Assembly: GCA_963845565.1 (NCBI GenBank)
Contig: CAWJSJ010000005.1
Span: 224,001 to 288,000, forward strand
Source: an uncultured Methylomirabilota bacterium
Lineage (GTDB): Bacteria > Methylomirabilota > Methylomirabilia > Methylomirabilales > 2-02-FULL-66-22
DNA: 64,000 nucleotides
Reading direction: 5' to 3'
Shown here: piece by piece, positions 50,122 through 60,600 of the stretch
How the letters are laid out: the number at the start of each line of letters is the position of its first letter
How positions within the stretch are numbered: the stretch's first letter is position 1
Made by a program: the position numbers and the translations under genes
The notes under the pieces: generated by a model
Seen by the model: the letters and a program-made list of their open reading frames with translations, nothing else
Told to the model about the DNA's origin: nothing
The model's database searches: none

Positions 50122-50787
50122 CTAGGAACCGGGCTGGGAGGTGTGGCGGATGTTCTTTCCCTCGGCCAAAAACACGACCATTTCGGCGATATTGGTGGCG
50201 TGGTCGGCGATGCGTTCGAGGTAACGGGACACCAGCAGGAGTCGGATGGCTCTCGGGATCGTGGCCGTGTCGCCCATCATGAAGGTGAGGAGCTCCCGGA
50301 ACACCTGATTCTTGAGGGCATCCACCCTGTTGTCGGCCGCTATGACGGCGCGCGCCATTTCCCCATCCTTGCGCACGAAGGCGTCCAGGCTGTCCCGGAG
50401 CATCTTCTGGGACAGCTGGCTCATGATGGGAATGTCGATGTACGGCTTGAGCTGCGGTTCTTCGTTCAACTCAATGGCCCTCTCCGAGATGTTCACGGCC
50501 TGGTCCGCCATCCGCTCGAGATCGGTGATGATCTTCATGGCGGTGGTGATGAACCGCAAGTCGCCGGCAGCGGGTTGGTGCAAGGCGAGCAGGCGAAGAC
50601 AGTCTCCGTCGATCTCCACCTCCAGGTGGTCCACTTTTTCGTCGAAGGCGATAGTCTCCTCCGCCAGTTTCGAGTCACGGTCTACCAGGGACGTGACGGC
50701 GCGCTCGACCATATCCTCGACCAGGCTGCCCAGTCGAAGCGTCTTCTGTTTGACCTGATTCAGTTCGTCGTGAAAATGCCGCTCCAT
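50122..50787 (-). CDS. phoU: Phosphate signalling protein PhoU
   Basis: QPAAGDLR, DLERMAD, LERIADHATNIAE. Confidence 0.95.
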   Translation of the reverse strand: MERHFHDELNQVKQKTLRLGSLVEDMVERAVTSLVDRDSKLAEETIAFDEKVDHLEVEIDGDCLRLLALHQPAAGDLRFITTAMKIITDLERMADQAVNISERAIELNEEPQLKPYIDIPIMSQLSQKMLRDSLDAFVRKDGEMARAVIAADNRVDALKNQVFRELLTFMMGDTATIPRAIRLLLVSRYLERIADHATNIAEMVVFLAEGKNIRHTSQPGS

Positions 50788-50878
50788 GGCTCCCTCGCCG
50801 GTGCCCCGGGCACCCGTGTGCCGGTACGCCCCATAGGTCGGTCGATCTGGCCGCCGACCGTTTCCAGCGACATCCGGA

Positions 50879-51730
50879 TCAACCGAAGCGCCCGGTGATG
50901 TAGTCTTCCGTCCGACGGTCACCCGGATTGGTGAAGATGCGGGTCGTCTCGTCGAACTCCACCATCTCGCCCAACAGGAAGAATCCTGTGAAGTCCGACA
51001 CCCGCGCAGCCTGCTGCATGTTGTGGGTCACGATCACGATCGTGTACCGGTTCTTCAGGGTATGGATCAACTCCTCGATCTTTCCCGTGGAGATGGGGTC
51101 GAGGGCGGAACAGGGCTCGTCCATGAGGAGCACCTCGGGCTCCACCGCGAGCGCGCGCGCGATGCACAGGCGCTGCTGCTGTCCGCCGGAGATCCCCAGA
51201 CCGCTCTCGTGCAAGCGATCCTTCACCTCCTCCCAGAGCGCCGCACCCTGGAGGCTCCGTTCCACGATCTCGTCCAGGCGCGAGTCTCGGATCCCGTAGA
51301 TGCGGGGACCGTACGCCACGTTGTCGTAGATGGATTTCGGGAACGGGTTGGACTTCTGGAACACCATCCCGACCCGCTTGCGCAACTCCGAGACGTTCAA
51401 CGTCGGATCGGAGATCTCCTGGGTGCCGATCCGAATGGATCCGGTGATCGTCACGTTATCGATCAGGTCGTTCAACCGGTTGAAGCACCGGAGCAGCGTG
51501 GTCTTTCCGCAGCCCGAGGGGCCGATGAAGGCGGTCGCCTTCTTTCCGGGGATGTCCAGGTTCACGTTGAAGAGCGCCTGCTTCGCCCCGTACTTCAGAT
51601 TGACATCTTTGACCTGAATCATCGGGTCAACGATTGTGAGCACCCTGGACCTCGGGGACGCTTGGGGTTGGTCGGGCGGATTATCCCGCCGGACCTCGGA
51701 ACCTGTCAACGGAAGGTTGAGCAGCGACAT
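50879..51730 (-). CDS. pstB: Phosphate ABC transporter ATPase
   Basis: [37 protein letters not shown]. Confidence 0.96.
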   Translation of the reverse strand: MSLLNLPLTGSEVRRDNPPDQPQASPRSRVLTIVDPMIQVKDVNLKYGAKQALFNVNLDIPGKKATAFIGPSGCGKTTLLRCFNRLNDLIDNVTITGSIRIGTQEISDPTLNVSELRKRVGMVFQKSNPFPKSIYDNVAYGPRIYGIRDSRLDEIVERSLQGAALWEEVKDRLHESGLGISGGQQQRLCIARALAVEPEVLLMDEPCSALDPISTGKIEELIHTLKNRYTIVIVTHNMQQAARVSDFTGFFLLGEMVEFDETTRIFTNPGDRRTEDYITGRFG

Positions 51731-51747
51731 GGAACCTCTCCCTGGCA

Positions 51748-53367
51748 TCAGAACGACACGCCGGCGAACTTCTTCCGCAGGCGGTTTCGGATCACGATGG
51801 CCGTCAGGTTGAGCAGCAGCACCACCAGGAGGAGCAGGAGTGCGGTGGTGAACACCATCGGCCGGGCGGCGTCCACGTTCGGCGACTGGAAGCCCACGTC
51901 GTAGATGTGGAAGCCGAGATGCATAAATTTGCGCTCCAGGTGAAGGAAAGGGAAGAGACCATCCAACGGCAAAGAGGGCGCCAACTTCACCACGCCGGTG
52001 ATCATGAGTGGCGCCACCTCGCCTGCCGCGCGAGCCATGGCCAGGATGAGTCCCGTCAGGATGGATGGCATCACGGCGGGGAGCACGACGCGCCACGTCG
52101 TCTCGAACTTGGTGGCGCCCAGGGCCAGGGAGGCCTCGCGCGTTATCCCCGGGATGGCGGCCAAGCCCTCCTCGGTGGCCACGATCACCACCGGCACCGT
52201 CAGGAGCGCCAGGGTCAGCGACGCCCACAGGATCCCTCCCGTGCCGAAGGTCGGGGTCGGCAGCACTTCGGGGAAGAAAAGTCGGTCGATGCTTCCGCCC
52301 ATGAAATATATGAAGAAGCCGACGCCGAACACGCCGAAGACGATGGACGGCACGCCCGCCAGGTTGTTCACGGCGATGCGGACCGCGCTGACGAAGGGCC
52401 CCTGCTTGGCATACTCGCGGAGGAAGAATGCGGCTACCACACCCAGCGGCGTCACGACGAGGCTCATGATCACGACCATCATCACCGTGCCGAAGATGGC
52501 GGGAAAGACGCCACCCTCGGTATTCGATTCGCGCGGGTCGTCCGAGACGAATTCCCACACCTTGCTGAAGTAAAAACCCGTCTTGGTCACGGTGCCCATG
52601 GCGTTCGGCTGATAGATCCGGACGATCTGCGCCAGGGGGAGTTCCTTTTCCTTGTCGCCGGCCGCGGCGATCAGGACGGTGGCCGTCTGGCGTTGCCTGA
52701 GCTGTGCCAGCTCCGCCTCGTGAACCTTGTGCTTCTCCTGCGATTGGGCAAGCTCCCGCTGGAGCCGCTCAACCTCGGGGCCGGATGCGATGCCCCGCAA
52801 CTCCAGCCCCCGCAGCCGCAGTCGGACGCGCTCCTGAGCGTAGTTATCTCCGCCGATCTCGTCCTTCTCGATGCGAACGGTTTCCCGGTAGAGGCGGGTG
52901 GCTTCAGGCAATAGCGCCTGGACGCCGGCCCAGCCCGCCTCGGGACCTTGCGCGACGGTTTGGCCGCCGTTCCGGACTTCCTTGATCGTCCCGTAGAGGT
53001 TGCCCCATTCGCGTCGCTCGATCAGGACCGCGTCGGTAGGAACTTCGCGCTTGGCGATCGTGTCCTCGTCCACCCACGCGAAATCGGCGCCGTACAGATC
53101 GCGGTTACCGACCTTGAGCTTGATCCGGTACCGGTCCGGCGTGCCGGGGGCCGCGCCAGGCTGCGGGATCTTTTCCCGGTCCGCCAACTCGCCGAGCAGC
53201 ACCGTGCCGTCCTTGAGCGTCAGGCGGAGGATGTCGGACGGCCAGAAGAACCCCAGGCCGTTCGCGAGGACCAAATACACGAGACCCGCCACCATGATCA
53301 GGCTTAGCGCCAAAGCCCCGCCGGTCAGCCAGACGAACGGATCGCCACTCTTCCAGAATCGGTTCAT
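51748..53367 (-). CDS. pstA: Phosphate ABC permease PstA, long form
   Basis: [37 protein letters not shown]. Confidence 0.93.
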   Translation of the reverse strand: MNRFWKSGDPFVWLTGGALALSLIMVAGLVYLVLANGLGFFWPSDILRLTLKDGTVLLGELADREKIPQPGAAPGTPDRYRIKLKVGNRDLYGADFAWVDEDTIAKREVPTDAVLIERREWGNLYGTIKEVRNGGQTVAQGPEAGWAGVQALLPEATRLYRETVRIEKDEIGGDNYAQERVRLRLRGLELRGIASGPEVERLQRELAQSQEKHKVHEAELAQLRQRQTATVLIAAAGDKEKELPLAQIVRIYQPNAMGTVTKTGFYFSKVWEFVSDDPRESNTEGGVFPAIFGTVMMVVIMSLVVTPLGVVAAFFLREYAKQGPFVSAVRIAVNNLAGVPSIVFGVFGVGFFIYFMGGSIDRLFFPEVLPTPTFGTGGILWASLTLALLTVPVVIVATEEGLAAIPGITREASLALGATKFETTWRVVLPAVMPSILTGLILAMARAAGEVAPLMITGVVKLAPSLPLDGLFPFLHLERKFMHLGFHIYDVGFQSPNVDAARPMVFTTALLLLLVVLLLNLTAIVIRNRLRKKFAGVSF

Positions 53368-55631
53368 AGGTATCGGAACTTCCGGCGAAGCCTCAAGCGA
53401 ACCAGCTCCGCAACCGTGTTGACGACAAAGGTCATGAGGAAGAGGAGCAGGGCAGCCAGAAAGAGCACCCGGAAGAGCGTGCCGCCCTCGGGGGCCTCGG
53501 GCAACTCCACGGCAATGTTCGCGGAAAGCGCCCGGAACCCGTTGAAAATACTCCAGTTCATCACCGGCGTGTTTCCCGTCGCCATCAGGACGATCATGGT
53601 CTCGCCCACCGCTCGCCCGAACCCGATCATGATGGCCGAGAAAATCCCCGGGCTGGCCGTGGGGAGGACAACGCGGAGTGCCGTCTGCCAGGGGGTGGCG
53701 CCGAGGGCGAGGGAGCCGGCGCTCAGGTGCTGGGGTACGTTGGAGAGGGAGTCCTCGGCGATGGTGAAAATGATCGGAATGACCGCGAACCCCATGGCGA
53801 GGCCAACGACCAGCGAGTTGCGCTGATCGTAATTGATGCCCAGCGCGCTCAATAGCCAGCCGCGGTAGTCGTTCGCCAGGAAGGTGTGCTCGAAGAGCCC
53901 GCCGAGTTGGAAGGAGAACCAGGCGCCCAACAGGACTACCGGGACGAGGAGGCCGATCTCGGTCCCCGCCCTAAACCGGCTGCGAAAGGCGACCGGGGCG
54001 AACCGCCAACCGTACACGGCGAGAAGGATCAGGGCTCCCGTCACGACCGGCATCAGGAAAAGCCCAGGCACGATCCGCTCGACCTGCGGGGCGAGCCAGA
54101 GGCCCGCCAGGAATCCCAGGACGACGCTGGGCAGGGCGGCCATGATCTCCACGATGGGTTTCACGACGCCTTTGAGGGTGGGGTGCATGAACTGGGAGGC
54201 GTACAGGGCGCTCAGGAGCGCGATCGGCACGGCGAAGAGCAAGGCGTAGAAGGTACCCTTGAGTGTACCATAGATCAGCGGCGTGAGGCTGAGCTTGGGT
54301 TCGAAATCGTCGGTGCCTCCGGTGGACTGCCACACGTATTCCGGGGCGTTGTATCCCTCGTACCAGACCCGACCGAAGAGGCTCCGCAGGGTCGCCTCGG
54401 GGTGGGCGTTCCGGATCGTCCATTGTGTAGTCCGCCCCGTGCCGTCGGCCAGGAGGAGGCCATCGCCCTTGGGAGCGAACGTGAGCGCCCGCACGTCCGA
54501 CAGGCCGGAGGGGACCGTGAGCAAAGTCTCACCCGACGTCCCGAAATGGAGTCGGACCGTCCCGGAGGTATCGGCCGTGAGGAACCCTTTGTCGCGCCGG
54601 GAGGCCTCGATGGCCATCACGGGCCCGGCATGGCCGGCGAACGTGTTCATCCGGACGAGTCGTCGGTGCCCGCCCTGACTCGGTTGAAGGACCTGCCAGG
54701 TGCCGACGCCGCCTGACGCGTCGCCCACCACCAGGGTCCTGTCGCCGATCAGGAAATTCATGGCCGACACGGCGATGCCCGGTGGAGCCGTGACCCGGAG
54801 CGGGGCGCTCACCTTGGGTTGGTCGCGGTCCCGGAGGTCCACGCGGACGACTTCGCCGGCTGAGGTGCCCACGAAGAGATCCTCGCCGCGATTGTCCAAC
54901 GCCAGTGCAGTGATCTCGCCATTGCCGGGGATCTCGAGGGTCGTCCGGATCGCTTCCTTGGCGGAAGGACCGACGAGAGCTTTTCGCTCTTTGACGGCCA
55001 CGAGGATCACTTCGCGGCCTCCGATCGTGGCCGCAGTGATCGGGCCCTCCGTCGTGACGGCATGGGCGAGCTGTCGGATGGGACGTCCTTCGGGGTCGGC
55101 CTGGAAAGGACTCCCAACAATCGGATCGGGGCTTATCGTCCGGGTTGTTCCCTGGTGGGTGACGGCGAACTTCACCTCGAGGGGAATCACACGACCGTCG
55201 GAGGTCCCGAGCACACCCGAACCGCGTCCCAAAGCGGACGCCGCGACGACCGTGGCACCGCGGAGTTCGGAAAGGACCGGGGCGGCGATGGGTTTCCCGT
55301 CCTTGGTCGACAGGAACTGCAACCCGGAAGCGGTGACAAGATACGCAATTTCGCGGTACTCATCAACGCCCAGGGCAAGCGGGGCACTTCCTGTTCCAGG
55401 CAACGCGGCCCCGACCGGCGACGCCTCGGGCTTCTTGAACAGCGGGTAGACCTCGTACGCGATCACGATCAGGATAGCGAGGATCGAACCGATAATCACT
55501 ACCCCGCCCAGGGTGACAAGCTGCCGTGTCAATCGGTCCATCCACAACCGACGAATCAACTGTCGCGAAACGGATACCGGGCGAGCCGCGGGAAGCGGCT
55601 CGCCCGGGATGAGAACCCGTGTTTCGTTCAC
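53364..55631 (-). CDS. pstC: Phosphate ABC permease PstC, long form with beta-rich insert
   Basis: KPIVEIMAALPSVV, RAVGETMIVLMATGN; large soluble region. Confidence 0.92.
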   Translation of the reverse strand: MNETRVLIPGEPLPAARPVSVSRQLIRRLWMDRLTRQLVTLGGVVIIGSILAILIVIAYEVYPLFKKPEASPVGAALPGTGSAPLALGVDEYREIAYLVTASGLQFLSTKDGKPIAAPVLSELRGATVVAASALGRGSGVLGTSDGRVIPLEVKFAVTHQGTTRTISPDPIVGSPFQADPEGRPIRQLAHAVTTEGPITAATIGGREVILVAVKERKALVGPSAKEAIRTTLEIPGNGEITALALDNRGEDLFVGTSAGEVVRVDLRDRDQPKVSAPLRVTAPPGIAVSAMNFLIGDRTLVVGDASGGVGTWQVLQPSQGGHRRLVRMNTFAGHAGPVMAIEASRRDKGFLTADTSGTVRLHFGTSGETLLTVPSGLSDVRALTFAPKGDGLLLADGTGRTTQWTIRNAHPEATLRSLFGRVWYEGYNAPEYVWQSTGGTDDFEPKLSLTPLIYGTLKGTFYALLFAVPIALLSALYASQFMHPTLKGVVKPIVEIMAALPSVVLGFLAGLWLAPQVERIVPGLFLMPVVTGALILLAVYGWRFAPVAFRSRFRAGTEIGLLVPVVLLGAWFSFQLGGLFEHTFLANDYRGWLLSALGINYDQRNSLVVGLAMGFAVIPIIFTIAEDSLSNVPQHLSAGSLALGATPWQTALRVVLPTASPGIFSAIMIGFGRAVGETMIVLMATGNTPVMNWSIFNGFRALSANIAVELPEAPEGGTLFRVLFLAALLLFLMTFVVNTVAELVRLRLRRKFRYL

Positions 55632-55642
55632 CGCCCGTCTCC

Positions 55643-56623
55643 CTACATGACCTTGCCGATCTCTTCCTTGGCGATGGAGTTCGGCACGGGGAAGTACCCA
55701 TCCTTGATGACCGCTTCTTGGCCTTCCTTGCTGAAGACAAAGCGGACGAACTCACGCATGAGGGGGTCCAGACCCTTGCCGGGAGCTCGGTTGACGTATA
55801 CGTACAGGAACCGGGAGAGCGCATACTTGCCAGAGTAGGCGTTGTCGGCCGTCGCCTCGACGCACGCGGCCCCGGCCTTCTCGGCGAGGGGAACGGCACG
55901 CACGCCCGCAGTCGCGTAGCCGATGCCGCTGTAACCGATGGCGTAGCGGTCCACGGTGATGCCCTGGACCACGGAGGCCGAGCCGGGCTGCTCCTTCACC
56001 TCGTCCTTGAAGTCCCCGTTCTTGAGGATGTGCTCCTTGAAGAATCCGTAGGTTCCGGAAGCCGAGTTGCGGCCGAAGAGGCTGATCGGCCGGTTGGCCC
56101 AATCGCCCGTCAGGCCAAGCTGGCCCCATGTCTTGATATCTTCTTTGAAACCCTGTCGGCGGGACTTGGAGAAGATGGCGTCTGCCTGCTCGACGGTGAG
56201 GCACTTGAGGGGATTGTCCTTGTTGATGAAGACGGCCAGGGCGTCCACGGACGTCCGGAGAGGGGTCGGCTTGTATCCGAACTTCTTCTCGAACTGATCC
56301 ACCTCGGTTCCCTTCATCTCTCGGGACATCGGTCCGAGCTGGGCCGTGCCGGCGATCAGTGCCGGCGGGGCCGTGCTGGATCCCTTACCCTCGATCTGGA
56401 GCTTCACGTTCGGATAGAACTTGCCGAACCCTTCTCCCCAGAGCGTCATGAGGTTGTTCATGGAGTCCGAGCCGACACTCGAAAGGTTTCCAGAGACGCC
56501 ACCGGTCGCCTTGTAGGACAACAGCGCCGCATCCACCTTCATCGCGTCGCCGGACCACGCAAGCGGGGCCGCGACGAGCAAGAAGAGAACCAGACCGAGA
56601 CCAGCCACCATTCTCGAAAACAT
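55643..56623 (-). CDS. pstS: Phosphate-binding protein
   Basis: Signal peptide, GSDS, GKGSSTA, MSR, GRNSASGT, YALSRFLY. Confidence 0.95.
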   Translation of the reverse strand: MFSRMVAGLGLVLFLLVAAPLAWSGDAMKVDAALLSYKATGGVSGNLSSVGSDSMNNLMTLWGEGFGKFYPNVKLQIEGKGSSTAPPALIAGTAQLGPMSREMKGTEVDQFEKKFGYKPTPLRTSVDALAVFINKDNPLKCLTVEQADAIFSKSRRQGFKEDIKTWGQLGLTGDWANRPISLFGRNSASGTYGFFKEHILKNGDFKDEVKEQPGSASVVQGITVDRYAIGYSGIGYATAGVRAVPLAEKAGAACVEATADNAYSGKYALSRFLYVYVNRAPGKGLDPLMREFVRFVFSKEGQEAVIKDGYFPVPNSIAKEEIGKVM

Positions 56624-56713
56624 GAGAGAGTTCCTCCTTTGTCAAATCCTGCGTTGTTGAAACATCGTATTATCAGGTTTGGCAACTCGGAAGACGGAAC
56701 ACTTCGTGGTCGA

Positions 56714-56947
56714 TCAGGGAAGCGCTCCGAACACTGTGGTGACAAAGAACGCTGCAGCGCCGAGTAAAATGCCGGTCACCAGAGTCACAAACCACACCCC
56801 CAGGTCTTTTTCGGCTCGGAACCCGCCCTGTCCGGCGACCCCGAGGGCGCGTGTCCGCGCACGTCGGTATTGACCGGCGACATACACGACGCCAAGATAG
56901 GCTGAGAGCCAGGCGAGAATCAGGATGACATCCAGAAGCGGTTTCAT
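56714..56947 (-). CDS. Small two-TM hypothetical protein
   Basis: 77 aa, two hydrophobic segments, between Pho box and pstS. Confidence 0.6.
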   Translation of the reverse strand: MKPLLDVILILAWLSAYLGVVYVAGQYRRARTRALGVAGQGGFRAEKDLGVWFVTLVTGILLGAAAFFVTTVFGALP

Positions 56948-57008
56948 GAGTTGCCCGGGTTGCCTTTCTCATTATTAATCTTCACGAGACTGAGCATGGT
57001 GGATCTGT

Positions 57009-57048
57009 GTTACAGTTCGATGACACGCGAGTGAATTCTCGGTGATCA
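57009..57048 (-). promoter_or_regulatory. Pho box array upstream of the pst operon
   Basis: Cores at 57042, 57031, 57020, 57009, including GTGTCAT-CGAA-CTGTAAC. Confidence 0.8.
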
Positions 57049-57064
57049 GCTTTTTCCCCTGTGT

Positions 57065-57472
57065 TTACGCGGCCATAGCGTGCCGGTGCAGGAATTCCTG
57101 GAGGATGCCTTGAGCGGGGTGTCGGAACACCCGAATGGGCGGGAGGGTCGGTTCGACCTGCCCGCCCTTCACCAGGTACCCGTCGGCCCCGGCGCGGTAC
57201 GCGGCTTCTGCCTGCAACGTGAGCACGGCCACCTTGACCCGATCGCCGCCCGGCATGCGCTTCACCCGTCGGCAGACCTCCCACCCGCTCAATTGGGGAA
57301 GAATGGGATTCAGCAAGACGAGATCGGGCCGTCGCATCCGCGCCTGATAGAGGGCGTCCACGCCGGTGCGCGCCGGTAAGACCCGGTACCCTTCCGCCTC
57401 CAGCAACTGCGTCATTGACCCCAACCAGATCGGGTCACCATCTGCGATGAGGATCGTCGCTCGAGGATTCAT
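57065..57472 (-). CDS. Stand-alone pseudo-receiver domain
   Basis: ILIADGD, PDLVLLNPILP (Asn at the phosphoacceptor position), GADGYLVK. Confidence 0.8.
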   Translation of the reverse strand: MNPRATILIADGDPIWLGSMTQLLEAEGYRVLPARTGVDALYQARMRRPDLVLLNPILPQLSGWEVCRRVKRMPGGDRVKVAVLTLQAEAAYRAGADGYLVKGGQVEPTLPPIRVFRHPAQGILQEFLHRHAMAA

Positions 57473-57870
57473 GCGGTCCCCTCCCGTATGCCCTCAGTCC
57501 GCACCGTGCGTCGCAACACGGCGCGGGACCGGGCGATAACCTCTCGGACGCTACACGGTTTCACGATGTAGTCATCCACTCCCTCCTCCAGGAGGTTGAT
57601 GCGGTTCGCCACGTCGCCGTTGGCCGAGAGGACGACAATCGGGATTTCCTTTGTGTCCAGGTCGGCTTTCAAGGCACGGAAGACTTGCTGACCGGTCAAG
57701 CGGGGCAGAAAGAGATCGAGAATCACGAGATCGGGCCGGACCCGGCGGATGACATCGAGACCGACGAGGCCATCACAGGCCGTGCTGACCTCGAACCCTT
57801 CACAGGCGAAGCAATGCGCCAGGAGATTGGCGATATCGGTCTCGTCTTCGATGATCGCGATGTGGCGCAT
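57469..57870 (-). CDS. Stand-alone response regulator receiver
   Basis: IIEDE, PDLVILDLFLP, LSA, DDYIVKP; no output domain. Confidence 0.88.
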   Translation of the reverse strand: MRHIAIIEDETDIANLLAHCFACEGFEVSTACDGLVGLDVIRRVRPDLVILDLFLPRLTGQQVFRALKADLDTKEIPIVVLSANGDVANRINLLEEGVDDYIVKPCSVREVIARSRAVLRRTVRTEGIREGTA

Positions 57871-57924
57871 GGCCCCCCGCCAGACGAAGGAATCCCACGA
57901 CTTCCATGAAAATAGGCGGGGACA

Positions 57925-57964
57925 ATGACGAGGAGACGACGATGGTGTGACGATTGGGTAAATA
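57925..57964 (-). promoter_or_regulatory. Pho box array upstream of the receiver pair
   Basis: Plus-strand ATGAC/ACGAC/GTGAC/GTAAA at 57925, 57936, 57947, 57958. Confidence 0.65.
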
Positions 57965-57978
57965 ATCAGGGCGAGGGA

Positions 57979-59817
57979 TCAGGAGGACGGAAGCGGAGAC
58001 ATGGGCGCAACGGGCAGGGCGATCCGGACGAGCGTCCCCTTTCCTTGCGCGCTTTCGATGCTCAACGCCCCGTTCTGCGCGGCGATCAGGTGTTTGACAA
58101 TGGCCAGTCCCAGACCGGTGCCGCCCAGCTCTCGGGAGCGGGCCTTGTCCACGCGATAAAACCGTTCAGTGAGGCGCGGCACATCCTTTTCGGGTATTCC
58201 GATGCCGGTGTCAGCGACCGAGATCTCGACCCACGGGCCGGGGATCGGGGGCCGGGGATCGGGGGCTTGGGCCGAATCGGGCCCTGCCGTGTCGCCCACC
58301 GACCCCGCCCGCGCCGTCACCGTCACCGTGCCGCCGTCGGGTGTGTACTTGATGGCGTTGTCGAGGAGGTTCACCAAAATCTGCACCAGTCGGTCGCGAT
58401 CCGCCAGCGCCGGGGAGAGGTCATCCGGAATGGCGGTGACGAGCTGAATGTTCTTCTTGCCGGCCTGGGGCGCGAGTAGCGCCACCCCTTGCCGTGCCGC
58501 CTCGGCACAAGCGACAGGGCGGAGGTGCAACGGAGTCTGCTCCAATTCGATGTTGGAGAGTTCGAGCAGGTCGTTCAGCAGGCGGCCCAGCCGCTCGGAA
58601 TGTCGGTGGATGATCTCCAGGAACTTCCGCGCGTTGTCTCGATCCGCTAAACCGCCGTCCAGCAGAGTTTCCGCGTAGCCTCGGATGGCGGTCAGTGGCG
58701 TCCGGAGTTCGTGGGAAACGTTCAGGACGAATTCCATACGCATCTCTTCCAGACGCTTGAGCTGGGTGATATCGCGGAGGGCCAGCACAGTGCCCAGTGT
58801 CGCTCCCCGAGCGTCCCGCATGGCAACCGCAGTCCCGGCGAGCGTGCGCCGCTTGGTGCGTACCAGGGCGATCTCGGCGGTCGCGCCCGCCTCGCGGCGG
58901 GCGGCCTCTTTGACAAGGTCATCCAGCTCGTGGCTCCGGATGACCTCCAGGGGCGAATGGCCCAGCGCGGCGCCTTGCTTTAATCCGAACAGCTTCTCGG
59001 CGGCCGGGTTCAGCAGCGAGATCTTCCCGCGTCCGTCGAGCACCAGGAGGCCTTCACCCATGCTCTCCATGATCGTCCGGGAGCGTCGCCCTTCCGCCTC
59101 CAGGCGCTCCAAGGTGGTCGTGAGGTCTGTCGCCATGGTGTTCAGCGCCACCGCCAGGTCGGCGAACTCGTCCCGGGTCGTGGCGGGGAGGCGTTCCGGA
59201 ATCTGCCCCTGGGATACGCCGCGGGCGAATTGGACCATGCGCTGGAGCTGCCGCGCAATGCTCCGTGCCCAGAGGGCCGCGATGACCGACGCGATGGCCA
59301 GGGACAGGCCCGCGATGCCCAGGAAGTCCCGGCGGAACCGACCAAAGCCCTGGGAGGCCTCGCCTACGGGAACCGACAGGCGGAGGAATATCGGGCCGAC
59401 GACTGCGGTTGGGACGCTGCGCGCGAAGTACACCAGATCCCGGTTCAGAGTCGTGCTGAACCGCACGGCGCGTCCCGAACCCGCCGTTCTGGCAGCCGAG
59501 ATCTCGGGACGGCTGCCATGGTTTTCCATCTCCTGCGATGGCTCCTCGGAATCGGCCAGGACCCGTCCGTCCCCCGCGACGACGGTCACCCGGGCTTTGG
59601 TGCGAGCGGCGACGCCTCGCGCCCAGGCATCGCCGAACACCAGGCTCTCCGGGGTTTCGGCCGCCAGGAGTGACGCCTGCGCGTCCAGTCGGGCGATCAC
59701 CTGATCGACGAGCGATTCCCGCTCCCGGTGCGCAAGATATACACCCACGACGGCGAGGCTGAACGCGATCAGCAGGCAGATCGTCAGGACGGATTTGACG
59801 GCGATCGTTACACGCAT
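57979..59817 (-). CDS. phoR: Phosphate sensor histidine kinase (HAMP-PAS-HisKA-HATPase)
   Basis: NVSHELRTPLT, NAIKY, DTGIGI, ERFYRVDKARSR, GTGLGL. Confidence 0.93.
   Translation of the reverse strand: MRVTIAVKSVLTICLLIAFSLAVVGVYLAHRERESLVDQVIARLDAQASLLAAETPESLVFGDAWARGVAARTKARVTVVAGDGRVLADSEEPSQEMENHGSRPEISAARTAGSGRAVRFSTTLNRDLVYFARSVPTAVVGPIFLRLSVPVGEASQGFGRFRRDFLGIAGLSLAIASVIAALWARSIARQLQRMVQFARGVSQGQIPERLPATTRDEFADLAVALNTMATDLTTTLERLEAEGRRSRTIMESMGEGLLVLDGRGKISLLNPAAEKLFGLKQGAALGHSPLEVIRSHELDDLVKEAARREAGATAEIALVRTKRRTLAGTAVAMRDARGATLGTVLALRDITQLKRLEEMRMEFVLNVSHELRTPLTAIRGYAETLLDGGLADRDNARKFLEIIHRHSERLGRLLNDLLELSNIELEQTPLHLRPVACAEAARQGVALLAPQAGKKNIQLVTAIPDDLSPALADRDRLVQILVNLLDNAIKYTPDGGTVTVTARAGSVGDTAGPDSAQAPDPRPPIPGPWVEISVADTGIGIPEKDVPRLTERFYRVDKARSRELGGTGLGLAIVKHLIAAQNGALSIESAQGKGTLVRIALPVAPMSPLPSS
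58239..58266. repeat. Heptamer array inside the phoR ATPase domain
   Basis: (CGGGGAT-CGGGGGC) x2 encoding APDPRPPIP. Confidence 0.75.
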
Positions 59818-59909
59818 GACGAATCACCGAACGACCAAGGACCACTGAACGAGAAGGTGCGACCGGTGGGGTGGCACCCGTCGGTCAGTGGGATGTGGTC
59901 ACTGGTCAT
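59817..59909. repeat. Inverted degenerate heptamer arrays between phoB and phoR
   Basis: ACGACCA-AGGACCA ... CGGTCAG-TGGGATG-TGGTCAC-TGGTCAT. Confidence 0.6.
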
Positions 59910-60600
59910 CTTCATCTCGACACTTGTACCCCATGCCGCGAACGGTCAGGATCAGCGTCGGCTTGCGGGGGTCGTCCTCCACCTTTTCCCGCAGCCGGCG
60001 AATGTGGACGTCCACCGTCCGGGGCTCGACGAAGCGGTCCTGCCCCCATACCTGGTCGAGTAAATGCGTTCGGGTGAACACGCGGCCCCGGTGACGCAGG
60101 AAGAACTCCAACAAACGGAACTCCATGGCGGAGAGCTCGATGGGCTGATCCGCCCGGGTCACCTCGTGCCGGATCGGGTCCAGGCGAAGGTGTCCGGCGG
60201 AGACCGGCGCCTCGCTGGGCGTCACGGGGGCGGCGGAGCGCCGCAGAACGGCCTTGACCCGGGCGACCAGCTCGCGCGGGCTGAACGGTTTGGGGACATA
60301 ATCGTCCGCACCCATCTCCAGACCGAGAACCCGATCCACCTCCTCCGCCTTGGCGGTCAGCATGATGATGGGGATGCCCTGCGTCGCGCTGTTGGACCGC
60401 AGACGGCGACACACCTCCAGGCCGTCGGTGCCCGGGAGCATCAGATCGAGGATGATGAGGCTGGGATGGTTGCGGACGATCAGATCCAGGGCCTGTTTCC
60501 CGTCCGCCACGATGCGGGCGGACAGGCCCTCCTTCTCCAGGTGGTACTTGACGAGATCCGCGATGTCCGCTTCGTCTTCGACGATCAGAATCGTGTCCAT
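59899..60600 (-). CDS. phoB: Phosphate regulon response regulator
   Basis: LDLMLP, KPFSPRELVAR, RTVDVHIRRLR, TVRGMGY; next to phoR and pst. Confidence 0.92.
   Translation of the reverse strand: MDTILIVEDEADIADLVKYHLEKEGLSARIVADGKQALDLIVRNHPSLIILDLMLPGTDGLEVCRRLRSNSATQGIPIIMLTAKAEEVDRVLGLEMGADDYVPKPFSPRELVARVKAVLRRSAAPVTPSEAPVSAGHLRLDPIRHEVTRADQPIELSAMEFRLLEFFLRHRGRVFTRTHLLDQVWGQDRFVEPRTVDVHIRRLREKVEDDPRKPTLILTVRGMGYKCRDEDDQ

Noticed and set aside
51749..52558. N-terminal extension of the pstB ORF
   Set aside because: Out-of-frame overlap with pstA
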